From positions 1 to 16,649 of the forward strand of contig CAVXZB010000072.1 of assembly GCA_963765895.1 (NCBI GenBank): DNA of 16,649 nt, written 5' to 3'. Made by a program: the position numbers and the translations under genes. The notes under the pieces were generated by a model that was not told the origin of the DNA, ran no database searches, and saw only the letters and a list, made by a program, of their open reading frames with translations. Shown piece by piece: positions 1 through 8,134 of this stretch. Origin of the DNA: an uncultured Nitrososphaeraceae archaeon. Lineage in GTDB: Archaea > Thermoproteota > Nitrososphaeria > Nitrososphaerales > Nitrososphaeraceae. How positions within the stretch are numbered: the first letter of the stretch is position 1; each line of letters opens with the position of its first letter.

Positions 1-388
1 TTCCGAGAGCCTGTGGAGAACCCCGGCCATCTAATTTTATCTTTGGTATCTAGTCCCAGCTCGCTCTCAGCAATTTCCTTTAATGTTGTTAGTAGGTCGG
101 TCATGGAGTCACTAAAATAACAGACACCTCCTAGACACTCAGATAAGAAAGTTCCTTCAGACATTCTTTTTTCATGAGTCTAATAACTGCTGTGGCTACC
201 TGACTTGCCTCTAATGCATGCTCGTTTTGCTTTGCGAGATTCTTATTATAGGCTTTAATGAATGCGCTATCTGAATATCCCAAACATTTGGCTAGCCGAA
301 CTAGAACATCTGGAGTTTGAGGGTTGCAAATTATTGGATGTTCTATCAGCAAGAAGTTGAAGCCTGATTTGTACCTTTGCATAAGCAT
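1..388 (-). pseudogene. C-terminal fragment of a mobile-element ATPase (primase/helicase-type replication protein), frameshifted, runs off the window edge
   Basis: ORF 131-388 (LAKCLGYSDSAFIKAYNKNLAKQNEHALEASQVATAVIRLM) continues in another frame as GGVCYFSDSMTDLLTTLKEIAESELGLDTKDKIRWPG. This resembles, from recall, the 'F..AY..N......EA...A.A....WP..P..L' C-terminus of MGE ATP-binding proteins. No upstream ATPase core is visible. Confidence 0.5.
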
Positions 389-477
389 CAGAGTGAAAGT
401 TCGGACCTTTCTCTGGTTGGTAAATGTATCTTTATGATGGATCGGCTACTTTTTAGTCATCATCACATTCCGTGGTT

Positions 478-608
478 ATATCCGGAATCATATCCGGATA
501 TGACATGCGCAAATTGTCCTAACTGAATTAAATTTACTACTAACATTCGAAATGGTTAGAGGAAAAAGCATGAAAAGTAAAATCTACGAGCCCATATTCG
601 GAGTCATA
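478..608. promoter_or_regulatory. Perfect 16-bp palindrome with related direct repeats, possible operator
   Basis: TCATATCCGGATATGA at 488-503. ATATCCGGA at 478 and 490. ATATCCGGAATCATA (478-492) matches ATATTCGGAGTCATA (594-608) at 13/15. Confidence 0.4.
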
Positions 609-669
609 TAGTCATGTTAAAAAATTGATTAGGAATCTGCTTACAATAAATGCTATAGAATACTACAAT

Positions 670-801
670 ATGTGTGACTTTATATCAGATTACGAATATA
701 GCAAGCTCTTCAAGAGAAGAATGGATAAGCTAGCTGAGGAAGAAGAACAACAACCAGAGCTGGAGAAAGCAGAAGAGCAACCCTTAGTGGCTTCAAAGTA
801 A
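670..801 (+). CDS. Small acidic hypothetical protein (43 aa), below the ORF-track cutoff
   Basis: ATG670..TAA801 gives MCDFISDYEYSKLFKRRMDKLAEEEEQQPELEKAEEQPLVASK. Purine-rich coding-like composition, with AT-rich AATAAA about 25 nt upstream. Confidence 0.55.
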   Translation: MCDFISDYEYSKLFKRRMDKLAEEEEQQPELEKAEEQPLVASK

Positions 802-986
802 AAAGGTTGGTCGACAACCTGGCTGCGGACTACAACAATAATCTTACTATAATAATCACTCCCTTATCTTCTTTCAAAATCTAATTTCTTTTCGAATGAT
901 TCCTTAGATGCGGCTCAAGTGACAGGACCATTTTCATTATAAAAAATCTGTAGTAACATACCCTGCCTTTTTACCTCCAACTTCCA

Positions 987-1020
987 TAAAACAAAAACCT
1001 TTTCCATCAAATTTCGATGG
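987..1020 (-). terminator. Possible terminator of the polB cassette
   Basis: Minus-strand hairpin CCATCGA-AAT-TTGATGG (1020-1004) followed by GGTTTTTGTTTT, about 60 nt after the polB stop. Confidence 0.3.
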
Positions 1021-1078
1021 GGATCAGCTTGCCTCTATTTCCTTATTTTCTAACTGCGATCCAATACCACTTTCCAGC

Positions 1079-3229
1079 TTATAACTCTGTTTTTGCAGCT
1101 TCAATATCTTTTTCACGCTGCCGATAAATCTCGTCCCACCAATGTTGTTTCTTTTTATCAAACCCAAATAATGACCGGTTAAATCCAAATATTGATAGAA
1201 CTGCTTCAGCCGAGTCCAAAAGCATTTCTAAATATTTTTCTCTATCATATTCTTTAGACGAAATGAGGTTAGCAGGGGTTATTCTCTGCAGTGGATCAGT
1301 GTGACTCGAATCTGTATGAACATATTGGATCGTATCTCCACGATTCGCAGTGGCTCCTGACACATTTAACCTAATGGCTGCTGAGACGTGAGGAAACAAA
1401 CTTTTGTACTTTTCTATATTCTGTCTCAGTAACTTGGATATAACTAGATCATTTATTTGGACTTCGCCATTCATAAGTTTGTCAACACTTTGAGAAATAT
1501 ACATCAGAGCATTTTCATATCCGATTATAAATACTTCTTCATATGTATTACAATCTAATAATCTTGAAAGTAATGTTCGTTGAAACTCTTTGATGAATGC
1601 TGGCGAATCATGTCTTCGTGTTTCAATTCCGCGGGTAATTAATTGGTTGTTATAAGTAAGCCCAAAGTAATGCTTTCTAGCTTCCATCTTCTCGTCCGCT
1701 TCAACGTATAACAATACTAAATATTTGTAATGAAATTCTAAACTCATATGAAGACCAGTCTCTCTGATAATTTGATTCATAATCTCCGCGTAGTCTTTTC
1801 TTGTCGAATCTTTTTTCTTCAAAAAGACTGCATCAGTATCTGCATAAATTAGGTCAAAGCCAGCTTTTTGTACCATATCTTTAGTCTGCAAAAGTATCTG
1901 TCTAGCGAGTTTGTTTATTTCCTCAAAGATTTTTACGTTGCTGTATCTATTCCAAATTGAGCCAGATGTTCCGTAGATACAGACAAGGATTTGCTTTAGT
2001 ATACCTAAGCGAGTTTCACAGTTAGAGTAGAGAAGACTGTCTGATTGTTGGGTTTTTAAAAATTGTCTTAAGTATACACGTTTTGCAACAATCTCTTGTA
2101 CCATCGATGGGAGAATAGCGATACGTTCATCTCTCCTGAATTCATTAGATGGACCTTCGTAGCTAATGTTATGTTTAGTAATAATGTTAGCATATTCGTC
2201 ATTAAAATCAAGCACTGCAACATTTTCATGTAGTCCAATCTCGGGTGAAATTATCATTCCTGCCTTGTCCAATTCAATTATATTCTCTAGAGTTCTAATC
2301 TCCTCGTGATGCTTAGCCACTGTGTTCTTTTTGGGAACAACAAAGTTTCTTCTAATTAACTCGTGAGTAATGCGACTATCGATAAGTCTTATCATTCCAT
2401 AGTTCGAAGCCAGCTTCAATGGGAGATAACTAAATCGATTCTCCACCAATTCAACAAGTGATATATCTTCAATTGTATCATGGGCATGTACAACAACTAT
2501 TTTTTGACTCGATTGATCGGTTAGGACATCATGTATAGAAGTTAGTATATTGTTAGCTTGTTTGTATTCCGCATAGATAATGGCAATGTCTGGTTTTATC
2601 TCATTAATAAAAGAGCCAAAGCTTTTGTCAGATGGTCCATTGAATATGATCGACATCTGATTATCAACTCTTACATTAAGCTTTAGTTTACTACCACAGC
2701 TGCTTATCCTAATGTGCATAATCTTAAATGGTGGCGAGGTTACTTCCTCAATGTCGTCCAATTTTTTAATGGATAGTAGCTTTCTTCTTCAAATCCGATG
2801 CTAACTTTACTGGTAGGTGCAATCCTTAATTGATTGTAAATAAAGTGTTGGGTCGCAGATAGTTCTGTGTTATATGAGAAACGTCCTCTCAAATCAGTTT
2901 TTTAATTTCTTTATCAATATTTGATAGTTCTGTGATTTGATATCCGTTACGCTTATTCCAATTAATCTGGTCTTGTTTTTGTCAGCAAACTCTATATATT
3001 TTTCATCCCAGAATATTTTCTTGATCAGTTGATCATTTCTTGACAGCTGTTGAAAAAGATCTCGCCCAGCTGATTGAGATTTGGGAAGTATGTAGAAAAT
3101 ATATTCTTTGAGTTTTTGTTTGAAACTGATTACTTTGCCATCTTGTAATTTTATGAGTAGATCAATATCGCTAGTGGCATAGTCATGCAAAACATCTAAT
3201 ATCCATCCAACTGCAGTTTGCATGACCAT
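1079..3229 (-). CDS. polB: Family B DNA polymerase, PolB2-like (exonuclease region degenerate); two frameshifts near 2900 and 2785
   Basis: N-terminus GWILDV (ORF 2894-3229). Bridging frame KTDLRGRFSYNTELSATQHFIYNQLRIAPTSKVSI joins it to ORF 1079-2761. Motif A VLDFNDEYANII, motif B KQILVCIYGTSG, motif C YADTDAVF, then KHYFG, RGIETRRHD and YDREKYLEML. No recognisable Exo I-III motifs. Confidence 0.9.
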
Positions 3230-3588
3230 TTCTTATTTGAGCTAGCTGTGTCAGCTTTCAGCCTATCCATAATAATTCTCACAGTATTCTCAAGTTCAAT
3301 GATTCTATCAGAAAGCTGCTTTATCTTCATATCTTTATCTTTCAACTCTTTAGCCATAGCTGCTGTAAGTTTTCTATTATGAATAGAAGCAATGAGATTT
3401 AATTTATACCAAACAGTTGGCAAAGTAGGTTGCCACACTTCAGCTTGCTCGCGACTCCATGCATCTTTGAGTATTAAATCAAATGCACTCTTGTGACCTA
3501 AATCAACCATGGCAGATTGTAATTCCGATTTTAGTTCAGCAATCGTCTCTTCGTACAGTTGCCTAAATGAGGGAGTGGTACTACCCAT
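3196..3588 (-). CDS. Small alpha-helical PolB2-associated protein (arCOG07300-like) with C-terminal coiled coil
   Basis: N-terminus MGSTTPSFRQL resembles the MGRTxPSxR start of this family. It lies directly upstream of polB and has a heptad-like tail (KIKQLSDRIIELENTV). Confidence 0.7.
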   Translation of the reverse strand: MGSTTPSFRQLYEETIAELKSELQSAMVDLGHKSAFDLILKDAWSREQAEVWQPTLPTVWYKLNLIASIHNRKLTAAMAKELKDKDMKIKQLSDRIIELENTVRIIMDRLKADTASSNKKWSCKLQLDGY

Positions 3589-3591
3589 AAT

Positions 3592-4469
3592 TCAGTCCAA
3601 TATGAACAACATGGGGTTCATGCGTTTGCCTATTCTTTTCGCGTAGAAATTAACCGACTTTGGAGTCTTGTAATATGGGTGTTTGATCATCGAAGCTTTG
3701 AAAGAAATGTATGGGCTAGCATTATTGCTATTAGTTGTCATAGTAGACCAGAGATCTGGCCTTATGTGTACAATGACATTTGTGATATGCTTTAGATACG
3801 TGCCGCCGATTGGCTTGGGAATAAATCCATGGCTAGTAACATTACAGCCTCCAGTAGCAACTATGGCGACTTTATTTTTGGTACATGCTTTGTACAGTAT
3901 TCCCAGCATTTTTTTCAATGTGTTTATATCATCACTTGTATTCCGATCGGGATCTTTATCTTTAAGAATAAATTTAGTTAGATCTCTTATCGCCAAAAGC
4001 TTGATATCTGGATTTGATTCGATCGTATCAGCAATTTCTTCTGCAGCTGTCACCTGATGTTCCATGTTATATGAGGTCTGTACAAGACAATTCTTGGATA
4101 CAATCTTTCGTTCGATCCCAGCATATTTCGACACAATTGCTATCTTTTCTGGGTTCAAAAGATTATGCTTGTTTCTATCTATGGACAGATCAACATATTG
4201 AGGAATATGGCCACAGACTCAAAACCATTTTTCTTTGCTTTCGGTAAAATACAGCTGATTAGTTGCCGGTACAAAAATGAGTCAAGTATAAGTTGGTTTT
4301 CAGTGCTGCTATAGAACAGATAAAATGAATTCTCTTGAACTCCATCAATTAGTGAATCAAATTCAGCTGAACCAGTTGACATCTTTTGGAAAGCATGATT
4401 TCGATCCAACAGATCGAGAGCACATTTCATATCTACAAAATATGGTTGGAATGTCGAAGCTGGTGGCAT
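3592..4469 (-). CDS. Catalytically degenerate RadA/RecA-fold protein (ImuA-like role inferred); one frameshift near 4197
   Basis: ORF 4179-4469 joins ORF 3592-4158 via FLN-VDLSIDRNKHNLLNPEKI. Keeps STGSAEFDSLIDG, the VAIVAT strand and PIGGTYLKHITNVIVHI. The Walker A position reads FYSSTENQLIL (no GxGKT); the Walker B position reads LLAIRD. Confidence 0.75.
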
Positions 4470-4472
4470 TTC

Positions 4473-6317
4473 TCAAGCGATATGAATTTGATTTGGGAAG
4501 AACCACAACTCATCATGAACGTACATAATAGAACCACAGGCATGTACGTTCCTGCCATAAAGCTTCTGCCTGGCATCATCAAGTATTTGCCGCTGCAAGT
4601 TTTCCCTATTACTGGCTCGATATACGTCGCTAATTGCCTGGATTTTTAGATCATCGTCAATCTTCAAATTTTTTGCCGCTTTCTTAATAACGTCGTAGAT
4701 CCTTGGTACAAGACTGGACTGCTTGTATTGGATGAACTTCTGAACTGAAGCAGGAATGTATAATGATTCTTGGCTAAAGTAGCAGGCGCTTGCCGGATAA
4801 GTAAATGCATTCTCAGAATTTATCATCTTAATCTTAAGTAGTGGGATCTCATCTGGCGAGATATCGATATTGTAGACTTGTTTCCAGAATTCTACCAAAT
4901 TACGATTATCCTGCTCAGAGACCATCTGATTACTCGCTTTCTTGGAGATTACGTCTACTATTGTACCAAAATGGCCGGATGGCGCTACAATTACTCTATT
5001 TCTATAGTTTAATAACATACGAATAACTGCGTTTGCTGTGGCCCCTGCTTCTCTCCGCATTCTAATATAGTCAAGCACACTTTCCCGAACGTAAGCGTGT
5101 GGGCTAAGTTCCATCATCAATCGCAGATTATTTCGAGATGGTTGCTGCGTATCGACTCTTATGTCAACAGAAAATCCTAGATATAGCTTAGCTCGTTCGC
5201 ATCTGTAAAGTGCGATCGGATCTTCAAGAAGATAAATCCCATGCCTCATTCTCCTTTCTGTAGTATTTTGTATAGACATCGAAACAACCCGCTCAACTAA
5301 TCTTCTTATAATTTTAATATCTTCCATGGATTCAGTTCCATTGATATTGAGATGTCTTGTACTTAGTTCAGCAAACTTAGATTTCAAGTCAGTATCTTCT
5401 ACTGGAAAATAGACTAGATTTCGGCCATCAGATACTATCAATTTGTTTGATTTAGTATAGAGTGATGGGGAAACATTCTCAGGCAAGACTGCTTCCATGA
5501 TATCAAACTTAGATTGAACTTCCAAGCTAAGGGTTGCGAAAGAATTGTCATTTGGCTGAGTTTGCTCTTCCTCATTATTATTCTGATTTTTTGAAGCTTG
5601 TAAGATTAGCTGGCCTAAGTTTCGCTGTAATACTTTCGCAGCAAGATCTTTAGTCAAGACCATTTTGATAGCGCCTGTACCATCGTATAGTCTACTTGAT
5701 ATACGAAGATCCCATGCATACCCCATACCACAGTTATTCGGACATTTATTAGCATCATGAAGAATTAATGATCTGCATTTGTTACATCGTTTAATCAAAC
5801 CAGATGTACTGTGTATGGTTGAGAGAGTTCCGTTTAAATTAACGGATCTTAGCGGTCTATTAATAGAGCCAATCTTCGGAATCCACATATAATTACGGAT
5901 ATCTTCTACATTCTTTGGATTTAGTTTAGTAAACTCTGTGATTACCAATAATAAAGATCTATCTGGAAACTCGTGAACATATGCAGAATGTATATCGTAC
6001 ACAGAATCGCGAATCAGCGGGTACGAAATCTTATGACTGACAAATGACACTTTAGATTTAGAATCCTCAAGTACTCCAGTGAAAACAACTTTCTCTCCAA
6101 GAGCATCATGTCTTTCGGCAGTCCTGATATACGATATTCGTGCTGCTGTTGAGATATACTTTCCGGGTTCAAGCTCCGATAGTGTAACAGATGGAATTGG
6201 CTCTCTTAAAGCAGGCGGGATTGGAAGAATACGTGGGTCTGGATATAAATCACTCAGTATTTGAGGATTAGAATTACGCTTGTTATTATCATTCATATCG
6301 TAATGTAGAGCTACCAT
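4473..6317 (-). CDS. RPA-like ssDNA-binding protein (two OB folds plus Zn finger) with an inserted Argonaute-like L1-PAZ module
   Basis: OB1 (GVLEDSKSKVSFVS...IHSAYVHEF). Zn finger SGLIKRC178NKC...C192PNNC, then DLRISSRLYDGTG, as in euryarchaeal Zn-finger RPAs. OB closing strands LYGRNVHACG appear only at residue 586. The insert contains G381FSVDIR...S413VLDYI and N473LVEFWKQVYNIDISPDEIPLL...Y507PASAC. Confidence 0.75.
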   Translation of the reverse strand: MVALHYDMNDNNKRNSNPQILSDLYPDPRILPIPPALREPIPSVTLSELEPGKYISTAARISYIRTAERHDALGEKVVFTGVLEDSKSKVSFVSHKISYPLIRDSVYDIHSAYVHEFPDRSLLLVITEFTKLNPKNVEDIRNYMWIPKIGSINRPLRSVNLNGTLSTIHSTSGLIKRCNKCRSLILHDANKCPNNCGMGYAWDLRISSRLYDGTGAIKMVLTKDLAAKVLQRNLGQLILQASKNQNNNEEEQTQPNDNSFATLSLEVQSKFDIMEAVLPENVSPSLYTKSNKLIVSDGRNLVYFPVEDTDLKSKFAELSTRHLNINGTESMEDIKIIRRLVERVVSMSIQNTTERRMRHGIYLLEDPIALYRCERAKLYLGFSVDIRVDTQQPSRNNLRLMMELSPHAYVRESVLDYIRMRREAGATANAVIRMLLNYRNRVIVAPSGHFGTIVDVISKKASNQMVSEQDNRNLVEFWKQVYNIDISPDEIPLLKIKMINSENAFTYPASACYFSQESLYIPASVQKFIQYKQSSLVPRIYDVIKKAAKNLKIDDDLKIQAISDVYRASNRENLQRQILDDARQKLYGRNVHACGSIMYVHDELWFFPNQIHIA

Positions 6318-6323
6318 GCTGAC

Positions 6324-7358
6324 TCATTCTTCTTCTGTTTTGTAAGAACTAGTATCTTCAATCCCATTTTCTGAAATTGTGAACTTGACATGCTGATATG
6401 GATGAGATGGTGAATCCTGCATTATAGCTGTTCGGTTCTTACCTGATCTCTTGATAAAGATTCGGTACGTCGAACCATGGCCAACTATATTTCCTCCAGC
6501 AGCCTTCATATAATCAAATCCAGGATGAGAACTATCAGCATAACTTACTACTTGATTGGTGATTACGACTGCAATGTTATAAATATCAGCATACCGCCGA
6601 AGTTTGTTTAACATCTTTCCAAGTCTTTGCTGTCTCTCAGTTAATGTTCCTTGGCCTGAAAACTCTGCTCTGTGTAGGGATATGATACTATCCACTATCA
6701 CAAGTTTTGAGTTATACTGTTCTATGTATTTGGGAAGATCATCAATAAGAGCTTCTAATTGCTCGCTTGAATACACATTGCAATGGTATATTCTCTTTAG
6801 GATACCTTCAGGATCCAGATTCTTTTGTTCAGCAATTTGATGAACACGATTGGCATGGAATGTATTCTCCGTGTCTATAAAAATGACACTTCTCGGTACT
6901 TTCCGTGTTAAGTCACTAATAGTCGTATCCAAATCGTCTTCCATTAGTGCAATGGCAGCAGCACATAAAGTATGACAGATTTGAGTTTTGCCCGAACCAA
7001 ACTCTCCGGCTATCTCTGTAATGGATTGTGTTTCGATACCTCCATTTAGAAAAGAGTCAAAATTTGATGAACCAGTTTTATACCGTAAAATTTTATTTCG
7101 TCTGACTAACAAATCATCTGCAGTGGAAAATTCTTTTGACAGAATTTCGTTTTCTGTCAAGATCTTCCTGGCATTCGCAATGAGTCTAGCGGCTGAGTGG
7201 ATATCAACAAAATTATTACTTAATCCCCATGCTAGCTCATATGGATTCTGAACGGCTAATTTATAAATGGAGTTAATTTTTAGCTCTCCGAGCTTGTCAA
7301 GCATATCACTAGCGATGTCCGGAATATCATGCAGTGTAACTTCTTTAGCCATCCGCAC
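6324..7358 (-). CDS. radA: RadA/Rad51-family recombinase (divergent paralogue); start GTG7358 or ATG7352
   Basis: N-terminal HhH-like domain, TGSSNFDSFLNGGIETQSITEIAGEFGSGKTQ (Walker A), FIDTENTF, LVIVDS (Walker B), RAEFSGQGTLTERQQ, TNQV, GGNIVGHGSTYR. Confidence 0.92.
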   Translation of the reverse strand: MRMAKEVTLHDIPDIASDMLDKLGELKINSIYKLAVQNPYELAWGLSNNFVDIHSAARLIANARKILTENEILSKEFSTADDLLVRRNKILRYKTGSSNFDSFLNGGIETQSITEIAGEFGSGKTQICHTLCAAAIALMEDDLDTTISDLTRKVPRSVIFIDTENTFHANRVHQIAEQKNLDPEGILKRIYHCNVYSSEQLEALIDDLPKYIEQYNSKLVIVDSIISLHRAEFSGQGTLTERQQRLGKMLNKLRRYADIYNIAVVITNQVVSYADSSHPGFDYMKAAGGNIVGHGSTYRIFIKRSGKNRTAIMQDSPSHPYQHVKFTISENGIEDTSSYKTEEE

Positions 7359-7409
7359 TTATCAATTATTTTTGACTCATCGTTAATATTTCCAGTATCC
7401 AGTCGCAGG

Positions 7410-7453
7410 AGGGGAGTGGGGGCATCAATACAGGCACCTCCCCCAGACTCCCT
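7410..7453 (-). promoter_or_regulatory. GC-rich stem-loop in the probable 5' leader of the radA cassette
   Basis: Arms AGGGGAGTGGGGG (7410-7422) and CCCCCAGACTCCCT (7440-7453) in otherwise AT-rich DNA. A TATA-like AT block (7468-7492) lies just upstream on the minus strand. Confidence 0.45.
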
Positions 7454-7560
7454 ATAGTGAGTTGGAATATAATAATAATAAAATTTATTAAAGTTCAGTT
7501 TGGCAAAACGCAGCGGGTACTAAACTTGTTCCTCCAAGAACCAAGTCCAAAAGTGCTGTT

Positions 7561-7734
7561 GTGGAAACATTAGGAGGTCTCGGTACAAATGAGCAAGAAC
7601 AAGAACCAGTGTTGTTCGAATTGGATAACGACATTGAATGTCCACGGTGCCATGAAATTATGGAGCTTTATTCAAAATTCGATGAACTGTTATATTCATG
7701 TCAGAGCTGTAGTTTATTACTAAAATGTGTCTAG
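7561..7734 (+). CDS. Small zinc-ribbon protein (about 57 aa; start uncertain)
   Basis: GTG7561..TAG7734 reads ...EPVLFELDNDIECPRCHEIMELYSKFDELLYSCQSCSLLLKCV, with two CxxC pairs. Divergent from radA. Confidence 0.65.
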   Translation: METLGGLGTNEQEQEPVLFELDNDIECPRCHEIMELYSKFDELLYSCQSCSLLLKCV

Positions 7735-7906
7735 ATGCTAAAAATTAGTTCGATTAATCCCATTTGAAGATAGATGAGAATGATGGGATAGATTGTCATG
7801 TTGTGGCTATAAGACGGTCTTCATTTCTAAGACTAGTCCGCGGAGCGGTTTTGCCTTTGTAGGAGGGATTATTCTACTGGTATATCTAATATGAGAGGCG
7901 CGCGCT

Positions 7907-8134
7907 TTAACGATAAAATTTGACTGCATATATATGCTTGCACTTGGTACTATAGCGAGTATAATCTGGACATGAACAAACCCATCCAGATTGAGTCGCA
8001 GTGATGGTATAGGTATTGTCACCCGATGTCGATCTAACTATATAGTGTGAGTCATCAATCATTGAAATCGCGCCACTTGTTTTGGTTATGAGTTTGCCTA
8101 GCTCTTCATGGTTAACTAATCGTTTAGACATCAT
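7907..8134 (-). CDS. SWIM zinc-finger protein, possibly the truncated N-terminus of a thaumarchaeal DDE transposase
   Basis: YIVRSTSGDNTYTI...WVCSCPDYTRYSTKCKHIYAV fits the CxCx(n)CxH SWIM signature. No DDE domain follows. Confidence 0.7.
   Translation of the reverse strand: MMSKRLVNHEELGKLITKTSGAISMIDDSHYIVRSTSGDNTYTITATQSGWVCSCPDYTRYSTKCKHIYAVKFYR

Noticed and set aside
1079-3229. Casposon or pipolin interpretation of the PolB
   Set aside because: No cas1 or integrase, no terminal inverted repeats seen, and the motifs and neighbours fit PolB2 rather than protein-primed or primer-independent PolB.
4473-6317. Calling the 614-aa protein a full prokaryotic Argonaute defence nuclease
   Set aside because: No MID or PIWI domain or catalytic tetrad region is visible, and the C-terminus reads as OB-fold strands.
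3683-7251. Plus-strand ORFs at 3683, 4014, 4325, 4386, 4841, 6079, 6604 and 6988
   Set aside because: Antisense shadows of well-supported minus-strand genes, with no motifs.
7448-7462. Minus-strand ACTCACTATAGGGAG is identical to 15 nt of the T7 promoter
   Set aside because: The upstream specificity bases read TATTCCA rather than TAATACG, there is no vector sequence or phage-type RNA polymerase nearby, and the match overlaps the native hairpin. Treated as chance.
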